A stretch of 64,000 nt of DNA from Opitutus sp. GAS368 (GTDB lineage: Bacteria; Verrucomicrobiota; Verrucomicrobiia; Opitutales; Opitutaceae). Positions within the stretch are counted from its first letter, which is position 1; every line of letters begins with the position of its first letter. Location: positions 1 through 64,000 of the forward strand of contig CAMAVZ010000006.1 of the NCBI GenBank assembly GCA_945861645.1, in the 5' to 3' direction. The translations under genes and the position numbers were made by a program. Positions 20,152 through 29,930 of the stretch are shown here, piece after piece. Below the pieces are notes generated by a model, which had not been told where the DNA came from, did not search any database, and saw nothing but the letters and a program-made list of their open reading frames with translations.

Positions 20152-20847
20152 ATGTTTATCGAATATGATACCTTCCGCCAAAGAGCAGACGCTCTCATGC
20201 TTCGAATAACCGAGTGTTGTCGCGCGGCTGGACGCTCGCCGAACGAGGTCACCTTGTTGCCTGTGACTAAAAACCATCCGGTCACCGCCGCAGAATATGC
20301 GATCCGTTATGGACTTACCGCAGTGGGAGAAAATCGAGTCCAAGAAGCTATCCCAAAAATCATCGGCGTTGCACCCGCATTGCGCTGGGAGCTCATTGGC
20401 CATCTCCAATCCAATAAAGCCAAGCTAGCCGCGACTCATTTTGCCCGGATTCAGAGCGTTGATAGTGAAAAGCTCCTCGCCGCCCTCAACCGCGCCGCCG
20501 GGGAGCTCGGTAAAAAGCTGCCCGTGCTATTACAAATTAATGCCGGGCATGATCCGGCTAAATTTGGCGTCGAGCCAGCTGATGCGCCCCGCCTGCTCGA
20601 AGGCGCGATGGGGCAGCCCCACCTGCAAGTCGATGGACTCATGACCGTAGCCCCGTTGGCTGATGATGCCGACATTGCGCGGCGCACTTTTGCCAACCTG
20701 CGCAACCTACGCGATGAACTGGCCACCCGCTTCGGGACACCCCTGAGGGAACTATCGATGGGCATGAGTGGCGATCTCACATCGGCGATTGCCGAAGGGA
20801 GTACGGTCGTTCGCGTCGGCACCGCCCTGTACGGCCCCCGAGAATAA
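20152..20847 (+). CDS. yggS: PLP homeostasis protein
   Basis: VTK, GENRVQE, IGHLQSNK, LSMGMSGD, VRVGTALYG. Confidence 0.95.
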   Translation: MFIEYDTFRQRADALMLRITECCRAAGRSPNEVTLLPVTKNHPVTAAEYAIRYGLTAVGENRVQEAIPKIIGVAPALRWELIGHLQSNKAKLAATHFARIQSVDSEKLLAALNRAAGELGKKLPVLLQINAGHDPAKFGVEPADAPRLLEGAMGQPHLQVDGLMTVAPLADDADIARRTFANLRNLRDELATRFGTPLRELSMGMSGDLTSAIAEGSTVVRVGTALYGPRE

Positions 20848-20911
20848 ATCCCGGGAAAACTTAAAATATTTCCCGATTGCGCCGCAGAGTACACCGACTT
20901 GGCTAATTTAC

Positions 20912-21781
20912 ATGGCAGCGCTGCCCTTCACAATCTCGCAAAAAGAAGCCCTGCCGCAATTGCTGGATGATTCTTCTCCAGTTGTGCAACAGGCCTTGCT
21001 GAAATTATTTTTAGCCCACGGCGACGAAAGCGTTGCGCTCTTGCGCACCGTCGCCAGCCAGCCCAACCAAACGCTTGCGGCCCATGCCGCCCACTATCTT
21101 GGTCAACTGAATTCTGCTGATCCAGTCGGTGATTTTCGCCGATTTATTCGCTCGCTGAATTATGAACTAGAAACCGGCGCCCTCCTTTTGAGTCGCACCG
21201 TTAATGCAGACCTCGATGTTGGTTCGTGCTGCACCCAATTAGATGCCCTCGCCGCACGTTGCCGTGAGCTCATCACCGCCGCCAGCACCCCCCGCGAAAA
21301 ATGCCGCGTGCTCAATCACGTGCTGCTGCAAGAATTTGGCTTACGCGGCAACACCGAGCATTATACGGATCCGCTCAACAGCTTTCTCGATCAAGTGCTC
21401 ATCCGGCGCAAAGGTCTGCCCTTATCACTGTCCATCGTATACCTGCTCATCGCTGAGCGGATCGGCCTGCCCCTCGAGCCCGTCGCCTTACCGGGTCATT
21501 TTATTGTCGGCTGTTACGAAGAAACCCCGCCCTTCTTTCTCGATCCTTTTCATGCCGGTGTTTTTTTGAGCGCGCCGGAAGTTCTTTTACTGGCTCGCCT
21601 GAATGACAACGAGCCCACCTTAGCCGACTTGGCCCCCACGCCAGTGCGCGAGGTGCTTTGCCGCTGCTGCCGCAACCTCGCCCACCACTACGCGGCCAGC
21701 GAGCAACTCGCGCCCGCCCGCCTCTTCGCTGACTTTGTCGCGGAATTTGAATCGACCCACGAACGCCAAGCGCAGCCGTAA
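20912..21781 (+). CDS. SirB1/transglutaminase-like protein
   Basis: GNTEHYTDPLNSFLDQVL..RKGLPLSLS, LPGHF, FLDPF. Confidence 0.85.
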   Translation: MAALPFTISQKEALPQLLDDSSPVVQQALLKLFLAHGDESVALLRTVASQPNQTLAAHAAHYLGQLNSADPVGDFRRFIRSLNYELETGALLLSRTVNADLDVGSCCTQLDALAARCRELITAASTPREKCRVLNHVLLQEFGLRGNTEHYTDPLNSFLDQVLIRRKGLPLSLSIVYLLIAERIGLPLEPVALPGHFIVGCYEETPPFFLDPFHAGVFLSAPEVLLLARLNDNEPTLADLAPTPVREVLCRCCRNLAHHYAASEQLAPARLFADFVAEFESTHERQAQP

Positions 21782-21828
21782 AATCGGGCTCGTTCTCCTC
21801 CCGTCAGTGAGCTTTGCTAGGTTTGTCC

Positions 21829-22737
21829 ATGAGCCCCGCCCCTGAGCCTATTCATACCCTCGCCGATCTGGAACAATGGTCGTTCGCGGGTACGGCTCTG
21901 GCGGTCATCGGCCGGCCGATCGCGCACTCCCTCAGCCCAGCCATGCACAACGCGGCCTTAGCGCAATTGACCAAAACGCAGCCCCGCTTCTGCGATTGGC
22001 ATTACTTTAAATTTGATATCGCGCCGGAAACTTTGCCCCGGGCTCTGACCTTGTTTCATCAGAAAAAATTTTACGGCCTGAATTTAACCGTCCCGCATAA
22101 AGCCCTCGTCATTGATCAGCTTGAATCGAGCGATGACTTTGTCCGCGCAGCCGGAGCAGCTAACACGCTCACCGCCACACCCACTGGCTGGCGCGGGGCC
22201 AACACGGATGGCTTTGGCTTAGCCGCCGCCTTGCAACAGGATTTGCGAGTCACTCTTGCCGGCGCGCCCATCATTTTACTTGGCGCAGGCGGCGCCGCGC
22301 GCGCCGCCGCGGCCGAAAGTTTGCGCCAAGGCTGTGCTTCGCTCTGGATCGGCAACCGCACCTCCGCAACTTTAGACAAACTACTCACAGAGTTAGTACG
22401 CCCCGATCAATTAATCCCTGTCCGAGGTTTTGATCTGGCCGCCCCGCCCGCCACTCTACCCGCCGGCGCTGTTGTCATTAACGCCACTGCCTTGGGCTTA
22501 GCCCCCAGCGATGCCGCCCCCATCAACTTGCATAAAATCCCCCGACCAGCGGCCGTGTTCGACATGATCTACCGCCCACCGCAAACCGCACTTTTACGCC
22601 AAGCGGCTGAGCTAGGTCTAGCGCACACCAACGGACTCGCCATGCTCGTCCATCAAGGCGCCCGCGCCCTTGAGCGCTGGACGCAAGGCGCTGTCCCGAC
22701 GACCACCATGCAAGCGGCGCTCAGCGCGGCCCAATGA
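21829..22737 (+). CDS. aroE: Shikimate dehydrogenase
   Basis: HSLSPAMHN, NLTVPHK, NTDG, GAGGAA, DMIY. Confidence 0.95.
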   Translation: MSPAPEPIHTLADLEQWSFAGTALAVIGRPIAHSLSPAMHNAALAQLTKTQPRFCDWHYFKFDIAPETLPRALTLFHQKKFYGLNLTVPHKALVIDQLESSDDFVRAAGAANTLTATPTGWRGANTDGFGLAAALQQDLRVTLAGAPIILLGAGGAARAAAAESLRQGCASLWIGNRTSATLDKLLTELVRPDQLIPVRGFDLAAPPATLPAGAVVINATALGLAPSDAAPINLHKIPRPAAVFDMIYRPPQTALLRQAAELGLAHTNGLAMLVHQGARALERWTQGAVPTTTMQAALSAAQ

Positions 22738-23648
22738 TTATGTCATCCTTGACTGAGATCGCCCACCTCTTTCCCTGGTTTTTCCCGCTCGCCGTCACGC
22801 TGTTTGGTGCATGCATCGGTAGCTTTCTTAACGTCTGCATCTATCGCATCCCCCAGAATGAATCGATCGTGCAACCCGGCTCCCACTGTGGCTGCGGTCA
22901 GCCAATTGCTTGGTATGATAATATCCCCGTGTTCAGCTGGTTCCTGCTGCGCGGCCGCGCCCGCTGCTGCCGCCGGCCTTTTAGCTTCCGTTACCCCGCA
23001 ATCGAATTGCTCACGGCCGCGCTTTTCCTCGCCTGCTGGGTCCAGTTCTCTCCCGCCAAAGCCCTCGTGGGGATGGGGCTCTGTGCGATGGTCATCTGTG
23101 CATGGTTTATTGATCTCGATCACTTAATCATTCCCGACGTCTTTACCATTGGCGGGGCGGCCACCGGGCTTATTTTATCGTGCGCGGTTCCCGCTTTACA
23201 TGGCCACAGCCACCCCCTGTTCGCCGTGGCTAGCCTACAAGCCGGCCGCTCCGCGATACTCGGTTTGTTCATTGGCTCTGCTCTCGTTTTGTGGATCGCG
23301 CTTTTTGCTGAAGCTATTTTGCGCAAAGAAGCGATGGGCTTTGGTGATGTAAAATATTTAGGCGCCCTTGGCACTTTTATTGGCTGGCAAGGCGCGGTGT
23401 TCAGCTTGTTTGGCGGGGCCCTCCTCGGCTGTGGCTGGCTCGCGGGAACTTATTTGTGGAAAAAAATATCAGGCCGAGCACCCGCTCTCGGCCTACCCGC
23501 CACGTCCGCCTCCGGACAACCGGCGGAAATCACGCTCGGGGTCCACGTGCCGTTTGGCCCCATGCTCGGGGTGGCGGCACTGATCTATTTTTTCGGGGCC
23601 CAGCACTGGGTGAACGCCTACTTTGATAATCTCGCCTTTCTATTCTGA
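22734..23648 (+). CDS. pilD: Prepilin peptidase
   Basis: GSFLNVCIYRIP, Cys pairs, GFGDVK, PFGP. Confidence 0.92.
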   Translation: MIMSSLTEIAHLFPWFFPLAVTLFGACIGSFLNVCIYRIPQNESIVQPGSHCGCGQPIAWYDNIPVFSWFLLRGRARCCRRPFSFRYPAIELLTAALFLACWVQFSPAKALVGMGLCAMVICAWFIDLDHLIIPDVFTIGGAATGLILSCAVPALHGHSHPLFAVASLQAGRSAILGLFIGSALVLWIALFAEAILRKEAMGFGDVKYLGALGTFIGWQGAVFSLFGGALLGCGWLAGTYLWKKISGRAPALGLPATSASGQPAEITLGVHVPFGPMLGVAALIYFFGAQHWVNAYFDNLAFLF

Positions 23649-23873
23649 GGGCGGACTGGCCGCGGCGGGGGGCTGAAATTCTGGCGATACTTTGCCCGCT
23701 TGCCCCTGCGCCATAAGATTAAGGAGATAAGCCAAAGCTTGCTCCCGCGACAACCCGCGTTCGCTCATCAATTGCTCGGCCCGCTTTAACAATTGCCGCG
23801 CCATCGCCTCGGCGACAGCCGGTGGAGCGCCCCAACGGAGGCAAAGTTTTGCTAAAGCGGCGAGCTCACTCAT
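23640..23873 (-). CDS. Small hypothetical protein
   Basis: Helical ORF overlapping the ygfZ stop (coupled). Confidence 0.6.
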   Translation of the reverse strand: MSELAALAKLCLRWGAPPAVAEAMARQLLKRAEQLMSERGLSREQALAYLLNLMAQGQAGKVSPEFQPPAAASPPSE

Positions 23874-24792
23874 GCGCACCAAGCCAAATTGTTGCCGGCC
23901 CCGTGGGCGTTAGTCCCAAGCCCGCCCGCGCATTCAAATTGATTAAAGCAAGCATGGCCAAGGCAACGAAGCCTTCTTGATGCTGCGCGATTGAGCGCAG
24001 CTCCCCTATTTTTTTCCCGCCTTGATAAAGGACCGCTAAGCGCGCAGGCGGCGCACCTCGACCTCGCACCACGTGCAATCGTCGGCGCACTTGGCCTAAA
24101 TTTTTTAACCGCGCCATAACTTCCTGTCCCAGATAGCAGCCTTTATTGTAAGCAATCACGCCTACCTCCAAGCCTCCTTCCTGGGGCAAATCGGTTGGAC
24201 CTAAATCGTCGGGGATTGCCGGCACGCCGGCAGCAATGCGCGCCCAATCCCACGCCAACTCACTTCCCTCGACCCACCCACGAGCGACCCATTGGTCGCA
24301 CCAACTCGCCAGCGATTTTTGCGGGCCGATTATAGTGTAATTTTCAAACGGTAGTTGGCCCCCCGGAACGACAAATAAATCTCCCCGCTGAATAAATTGG
24401 CCGACCCTCAGCTCACTTTTGACGAAATCCTTAATGAGAGCTCCGCACCCCGCCCCGCTGATGATCAGGCGATCGTAAGAAATAGTCTCGTCGCTCAAAT
24501 TAACCTCATCGGCCACCAGATAATCCTGCAGGCGCTGCTGGATCACGCTCGCCAGCGAATGGTTACTGAATGCTAAAAATTCATTCTCGGCGATTCTCAG
24601 CAGCACGCTATCTGCCACTACCTTGCCTTTTTGATTAAGCCATAACCCATAAGTCGCCCCGCCCACCGGCGTTCGCAAATCATTGCTGAATTGACCCTGT
24701 AAGAAGGAAAAAGCGTCCTCTCCTGTGATTTTAAACACCGCTTTTGCCTTACTATTGCAAAAAAAATTACTGCCTGTAATCATTTGTAACAT
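23866..24792 (-). CDS. ygfZ: Folate-binding protein YgfZ
   Basis: GEDAFSFLQGQFSND, signature KGCYLGQE. Confidence 0.92.
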   Translation of the reverse strand: MLQMITGSNFFCNSKAKAVFKITGEDAFSFLQGQFSNDLRTPVGGATYGLWLNQKGKVVADSVLLRIAENEFLAFSNHSLASVIQQRLQDYLVADEVNLSDETISYDRLIISGAGCGALIKDFVKSELRVGQFIQRGDLFVVPGGQLPFENYTIIGPQKSLASWCDQWVARGWVEGSELAWDWARIAAGVPAIPDDLGPTDLPQEGGLEVGVIAYNKGCYLGQEVMARLKNLGQVRRRLHVVRGRGAPPARLAVLYQGGKKIGELRSIAQHQEGFVALAMLALINLNARAGLGLTPTGPATIWLGAHE

Positions 24793-24889
24793 ATCTTAAG
24801 TAACTATATAATAACAGATAGCACAGGATTTAAAAAACTTATAATCTTTTAGTTGACGGAATTATGAAACTAAACATTCGTAACGCCGT

Positions 24890-24980
24890 CAAGTAACACT
24901 TCTCCCCGCCTAGCGGGGAGTTTTGGGGTAACTAAGAAAGCAACGGCCGGTCGCTTAGGGGTAGGCGACCGGCCAATTCT
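24890..24980 (+). ncRNA. Candidate structured small RNA
   Basis: Two strong hairpins (24902-24920; 24945-24974) and two GGGGTA motifs downstream of TTGACG (24853); bounds and strand are tentative. Confidence 0.4.
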
Positions 24981-25048
24981 TGGCCCGAATTCTTAGCACA
25001 CAGCGAGAACTTGATCAAGGGCCCTGGTCCGCCCCAAGCTCAGCGTTC

Positions 25049-26104
25049 ATGCAGAAAACTTCCGACATCAATGTGGTCGAAACTCGGGCGCTGCCCTCTC
25101 CCGCCGCGCTCTTAGCCGAGTTACCAAAAACTGAGGCGCAGGCTGAATTTGTGACGCGCACCCGCCGCGAGATTCATCGCTTAATCTTCACCGATGATCA
25201 CCGGTTCCTGCTGATTATTGGGCCGTGCTCAATCCACGACCTTGAAGCTGGTCGGGCTTACGCTCGCCAGTTAGCCGCGCTAAAAAATGAAGTCGCCGAT
25301 CGTGTGCTCGTAGTCATGCGGGTTTATTTTGAAAAACCCCGCACCACGGTGGGCTGGAAGGGGCTCGTGATGGATCCCCACTTGGATGGTTCCCATGACA
25401 TCGCCACGGGCCTACGCCTCGCGCGGACTTTTTTACGTGATGTCCTCGATCTCGGTTTAGCTACCGCCACCGAACTGCTTGATCCGATTACGCCGCAATA
25501 CATCGCCGATCTTATTTGTTGGTCGGCCATTGGCGCGCGTACCGCTGAATCACAAACGCATCGACAAATGGCCTCTGGCCTCTCGATGCCGCTCGGTTTT
25601 AAAAATGGCACCGATGGTTCGATCGCAACCGCCATCAATGCGATTAAGGCCGCCAGCCAACCGCACACTTTCCTCGGCATCAACCTCGATGGCTCGGCCT
25701 CCGCGATCGTCACGCGGGGCAACCCCGACTGCCATGTCGTCCTGCGCGGTGGCGCCACTGGACCCAATTACTCACCCGCCCATATCACCCAAACTGAGCA
25801 ATTGCTCACCAAGGCCGGCCTCCGCCAAGCCATTTTGGTTGATTGCTCCCACGATAATTCGGCCAAGCAACCCGAGCGCCAGCCTGAGGTGATGCGCGAA
25901 TTACTAACGCAACTGCAGGCGGGCAATACTTCGATCATCGGCGCGATGATCGAAAGCAACCTCGGCGCAGGCAGTCAGTCCTTTCCTCAACCTAAAAACC
26001 AATTACGTTACGGCGTCTCTATTACCGATGCGTGCATCGACTGGGCGACTAGCGAAAAATTGGTCCGCGAAATCCACGCGGCGCTCGCCCCTCGCTTCCC
26101 GTAA
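25049..26104 (+). CDS. 3-deoxy-7-phosphoheptulonate (DAHP) synthase, class I
   Basis: GPCSIHD, RVYFEKPRT, IGARTAESQ, DCSH, SITDACI. Confidence 0.95.
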   Translation: MQKTSDINVVETRALPSPAALLAELPKTEAQAEFVTRTRREIHRLIFTDDHRFLLIIGPCSIHDLEAGRAYARQLAALKNEVADRVLVVMRVYFEKPRTTVGWKGLVMDPHLDGSHDIATGLRLARTFLRDVLDLGLATATELLDPITPQYIADLICWSAIGARTAESQTHRQMASGLSMPLGFKNGTDGSIATAINAIKAASQPHTFLGINLDGSASAIVTRGNPDCHVVLRGGATGPNYSPAHITQTEQLLTKAGLRQAILVDCSHDNSAKQPERQPEVMRELLTQLQAGNTSIIGAMIESNLGAGSQSFPQPKNQLRYGVSITDACIDWATSEKLVREIHAALAPRFP

Positions 26105-26219
26105 TCGGCCGCGCTCGAAAATTAGCTGCGCTGTCGACGACAACTGCTTCCGCTTAATCTTTCTCCCGAGTCTATTTCAACCGTGCGCTCAACGCTCCCA
26201 TTGCTAAGTTAATCACTTT

Positions 26220-27203
26220 ATGAAAACCCCCATTCGTGTCGCCGTGACTGGCGCTGCCGGCCAGATCGGTTATTCGCTGCTGTTTCGGATCGCCTCCGGG
26301 GCGATGTTTGGACCGGACCAGCCCGTTATTCTTCAGCTCATCGAGGCGCCCATTGAAAAAGCGCTAAAAGCGCTCGAGGGCGTCGCGATGGAACTCGATG
26401 ACTGCGCTTTCCCTTTGCTGAAGGGCATCGTGCAAACTTCTGACCCGGCCGTCGGCTTCAAGGATGCTAACTGGTGCCTACTCGTCGGCGCCAAGCCCCG
26501 CGGCCCCGGCATGGAGCGCGCGGATCTTCTCAAGGACAACGGCAAGATTTTCATCGGTCAGGGCCAGGTGATAGACGCCGTCGCGGCGGCCGATGCCCGC
26601 ATCGCCGTCGTCGGCAATCCGGCCAACACGAATTGCATGATCGCCGCGAGTCAGGCCCAGCGCCTCCCCGCGGAGCGCTTCACCGCCATGGTCCGCCTCG
26701 ATCAAAATCGCGCCCAAACCCAGCTGGCGAAAAAAGCCGGCGTCGATCTTACTGCCGTCAAAGATATTTTCATCTACGGCAATCACAGTCCTACGATGTT
26801 CCCAGCCTATGCCCACGCCACCATCGGTGGCCAGCCGGCGACCGCCGTGATCACGGATACCGCCTGGCTGCAGGGCCCGTTCTGCGAGACGGTCGGCAAA
26901 CGCGGCGCCGCCATCATCGCCGCCCGCGGCCTTTCCTCCGCCGCCTCCGCCGCGAATGCACTCGTCGATCACGTGCGCTCCCTCGTCACCCCTGGCGCAA
27001 TCCACTCGATCGCGGTAAAGAGCGAGGGGCGCTACGGTTTTGACGCCAATGTCTGGGCCGGCATGCCCGTTCGCACCACGACCGCCGGTAGCTATGAAGT
27101 GATTACCGGTTACGCGATGGATGCTTTTGCTCAATCGAAGATTGCCGCGACCAATAAGGAGCTCGCCGAAGAGCGTGCCTTTGTCGCCGATATGATTGCC
27201 TAA
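26220..27203 (+). CDS. mdh: Malate dehydrogenase
   Basis: [35 protein letters not shown]. Confidence 0.96.
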   Translation: MKTPIRVAVTGAAGQIGYSLLFRIASGAMFGPDQPVILQLIEAPIEKALKALEGVAMELDDCAFPLLKGIVQTSDPAVGFKDANWCLLVGAKPRGPGMERADLLKDNGKIFIGQGQVIDAVAAADARIAVVGNPANTNCMIAASQAQRLPAERFTAMVRLDQNRAQTQLAKKAGVDLTAVKDIFIYGNHSPTMFPAYAHATIGGQPATAVITDTAWLQGPFCETVGKRGAAIIAARGLSSAASAANALVDHVRSLVTPGAIHSIAVKSEGRYGFDANVWAGMPVRTTTAGSYEVITGYAMDAFAQSKIAATNKELAEERAFVADMIA

Positions 27204-27236
27204 AGCAGCCCGCTCACTCAAACGGTCAAACTTGCG

Positions 27237-27263
27237 GCGGCGGCTAATCACCGCCGCTTTTTT
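27237..27263 (+). terminator. Intrinsic terminator after mdh
   Basis: GCGGCGG-CTAATCA-CCGCCGC followed by T6. Confidence 0.75.
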
Positions 27264-27265
27264 AT

Positions 27266-27970
27266 TTATAACAAACCGGCCAACACCCGATTTTTAGTCA
27301 GCGCAAAAGCCGCGCGCACCGCGATAAAGGCCGTCACTAATTCAGCCGGCGCGCCCGACCGGGAAAAACGCAATTCCAGCGTAGCTCCATCACAAATTAC
27401 TTCTGCTGCGACCTGCTCAACCGAGAGCACACAGTGCCGACAATCCGAGGGATAGTGAACCGTGAGCCCGCCCTCACCCGCACTTGCCTCGACCGCATCG
27501 ATCACCGCTTCGACGGAAACATTCTTCGTTAAGGTGAACAGGATCCCCCCAAACATTCCCGCAAACACTTCATTAAATTCCGCGAGTTCCACGAAGTGGC
27601 CGCTCGCCAGACTATGCAAAGTGCGAGTCAGACAATAGCTCGAAGGTGATTCCGCCTCGAGCGCATAGGTCAGCTCCCAGGTGAAATCTTTCGCTGATAA
27701 TACGGCCGTGGGACTCGTGATCGCTAACGTCAGATCGGCCCGTTTGTAGTTGAGCGCTACTTTCGTGCGTTGAAAAAGCAGCTCCGCTTCAGCGGTTAAT
27801 TCACTGAGGCAAAGCTTCCCCAGAAATGCGCTGGTGGCTGCATTCGCTGCATCCGGCACGGTGTGGTGCTTTTTTTTAAAGCCCGTCAAATTTTTGACCA
27901 ACCCCTGACTGCGGCCGACGAAACTAATGCGGGCGACGAATTGAGCGGAGGGATCGGCCGACTTTGCCAT
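27266..27970 (-). CDS. Hypothetical protein
   Basis: Long ORF filling the gap between mdh and the NUDIX gene; no family recognised. Confidence 0.7.
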   Translation of the reverse strand: MAKSADPSAQFVARISFVGRSQGLVKNLTGFKKKHHTVPDAANAATSAFLGKLCLSELTAEAELLFQRTKVALNYKRADLTLAITSPTAVLSAKDFTWELTYALEAESPSSYCLTRTLHSLASGHFVELAEFNEVFAGMFGGILFTLTKNVSVEAVIDAVEASAGEGGLTVHYPSDCRHCVLSVEQVAAEVICDGATLELRFSRSGAPAELVTAFIAVRAAFALTKNRVLAGLL

Positions 27971-28080
27971 CCCGAGATGGAGGCAGGCTCTCCGCTGTGA
28001 TGCAAGAAGCGGCACAATATTTTAACTAAAAAAAGCTGCCCATTGGGCTACCGCCACCAACACTCAGGCCACCTAATCGC

Positions 28081-28485
28081 ATGACTGCCTCGTCGCCCAT
28101 TCCTGTTGTTTGCGCCCTCGTCAAAAAAAATGGGCGGCTACTCATCGCCCAACGACCAGCCCATAAACATCTCCCCAACAAATGGGAGTTTCCCGGCGGA
28201 AAAGTTGAAGCCGGCGAAGCCGCCGCCGCCGCCATTATTCGCGAAATCCAGGAAGAACTCGGTTGCCAAATCACCGAGCTCCAACCGTTGCCCACTTTTT
28301 TGCACGACTACCAAACCGTGGTCATCAAAATGATCCCCTTTGTCTGCGTCCTCCATCCTGACTCGCCAGCGCCGCAGCCGCATGAACATCAAGCGCTCGC
28401 TTGGGTTACGCCGATGGAGCTACGCAGTTATGATTTAGCTGCGGCTGATTGGCCGGTGCTCGCGAGTTACGAGCAGATGATCTGA
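28081..28485 (+). CDS. NUDIX (MutT/NudG-like) pyrophosphohydrolase
   Basis: WEFPGGKVEAGE...REIQEELG Nudix box. Confidence 0.92.
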   Translation: MTASSPIPVVCALVKKNGRLLIAQRPAHKHLPNKWEFPGGKVEAGEAAAAAIIREIQEELGCQITELQPLPTFLHDYQTVVIKMIPFVCVLHPDSPAPQPHEHQALAWVTPMELRSYDLAAADWPVLASYEQMI

Positions 28486-28674
28486 CCCGTCTTTTAGCGT
28501 CTTAGCGCCGGCCGCGGACAGCTTGCATTCGAGCAACATTGTGGCACGTTGCCGGTCCTTCCTCGACTTGCCCGGCATGCTGGGCCCGCCGGGCGAATCA
28601 TGTTCTTTGACGGTGTGCTCCACAAAATGGTCTCCTGCACTTGTACTTCGTTACCAGACCCTTGATTTTTTCAT

Positions 28675-29030
28675 GGGGGTGTTCCGGATTCGACCCTTGG
28701 TTAGAGCGCGCAGCTGCCTGTCGAGAGCGAAGGACTCTCGTTAATCCCCCTTCAAAACAAACAAACGGCACATTCGAAGAAATGCCTCTGGCTGCCTAAA
28801 AATTGCAGCCATGTTCTTACCCTGACACCTGCTAGGGGATAAGAGCATCGACAGCAGGAATAACGGTGACGGCCGTCGTGACGTCGCCGTGGTATCTTCA
28901 AACCATGACTGGCCGAGGGAGGAGCGTGCGTCATCGCGCCCCTGAGGTGAGATCCAATCAGACGCTACACAGGTAGATGCGGCGCGTGAAGGCCAGGGAC
29001 ACAGGGGTTCAACTCCCCTCACCTCCACCA
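28675..29030 (+). ncRNA. ssrA: tmRNA
   Basis: 5' GGGGGTG pairs with 3' CACCTCC-ACCA including G3:U70; GGATTCGAC D-loop analogue; GGGTTCAACTCCC T-arm; tag ORF 28767-28799 GTFEEMPLAA*. Confidence 0.97.
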
Positions 29031-29063
29031 TTTTATTAGTTCAGCATGACATTGACGATGGCG
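29008..29063 (+). repeat. attL: 56-bp direct repeat
   Basis: TTCAACTCCCCTCACCTCCACCATTTTATTAGTTCAGCATGACATTGACGATGGCG, identical to 41443-41498. Confidence 0.95.
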
Positions 29064-29616
29064 CCTGTCCCTCAGTAAGCCCCATGCCTCCGCTGGAGCT
29101 AAACAACCGCTTCCATCCCGAGGGTGCTCACTCTACAAAAATCTGACGCTAACCAATATCCTCCATTCCCCAGCTGGAGCTAAGTTGCGGCTTCCGGGAC
29201 CAGTGGCCGGATAGTAAAAAAAAGGGCCATAGAGTTAAGGTTTCTGTAATTGGCCCCGTTCTGAATCTCTACTGGGCGACAGTTTAGTGTCTGGCGCGGT
29301 TGCCCGCCGTTGTCACGGAATGACCGCAGATGCTTTCCTCCCCGCTATGCGGGGCAAGCGTTTTCAAAGCTCCGGCTGCATCCCCCATTCATTGATGGCA
29401 TGCTTCACACCCGGGAATTATTACATTGGAGCGACACCCGATTAAGCGGTTTTTTTCGTGTCCATGATCTGACCGTTAGCCCAAGGGAAAGCACCGGTGT
29501 CTGCGAGGCCGGCCTAACTACACCCGACCGAGCCTGACTCGTTCGCTCGCCGACACCGACCGGATTTCTTGTGGGCTTCGGTCGATTAAGAGGCGTTTCG
29601 TTAAGCCCCCAGTTAC

Positions 29617-29837
29617 GGACTATTTTTCTCCCGTGATAACCCGAAAATGCCCCAGCTGCGTCTCTGTTCGGTGCGACCCAACACCTACTTCTACCCTCTC
29701 CGCAACCTTACACCCCGCACGATCATCTCCTCGCTTTGAACCACCCGATCATCACCAAAGTAGCCTGGCGGCTAATGCCGACCATCGTCTTGTGCTATTT
29801 TTTCGCCTACTTTGATCGCATCAATATCAGCTTCGCC
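29617..29837 (+). repeat. Left copy of inverted promoter + MFS-start cassette
   Basis: Aligns to the reverse complement of 41152-41339 apart from substitutions and one 33-bp indel. Confidence 0.92.
29635..29663 (+). promoter_or_regulatory. Putative ECF-sigma promoter GATAACCCG-N14-GCGTCT
   Basis: One of four exact-spacing copies seen in the island. Confidence 0.7.
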
Positions 29838-29930
29838 AAGCTTCAGTTGCAGGCCGCGCTGCTCTTGGGCGCTGGGGTCATCCTATTTTTGCTCCCACGG
29901 GAACTCCGAGCCAGGGAAAAATCAGTATGA
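29736..29930 (+). pseudogene. Internally deleted ACS-family MFS transporter (N- and C-termini fused in frame)
   Basis: KVAWRLMP..CYFFAYFDRINISFAKLQ is a classic ACS-MFS N-terminus, joined directly to a single final TM and tail; 64 aa only. Confidence 0.8.

Noticed and set aside
28741-29031. 96-aa - strand ORF (MVEVRGVEPL...)
   Set aside because: Antisense to the tmRNA; a typical artefact.
29082-29195. Mini CRISPR array
   Set aside because: Only two degenerate units, and no cas genes in the window.
29338-29354. CCCCGC-TAT-GCGGGG hairpin resembling the one at 24902
   Set aside because: Only a short GC stem is shared and the flanks differ; chance is plausible.
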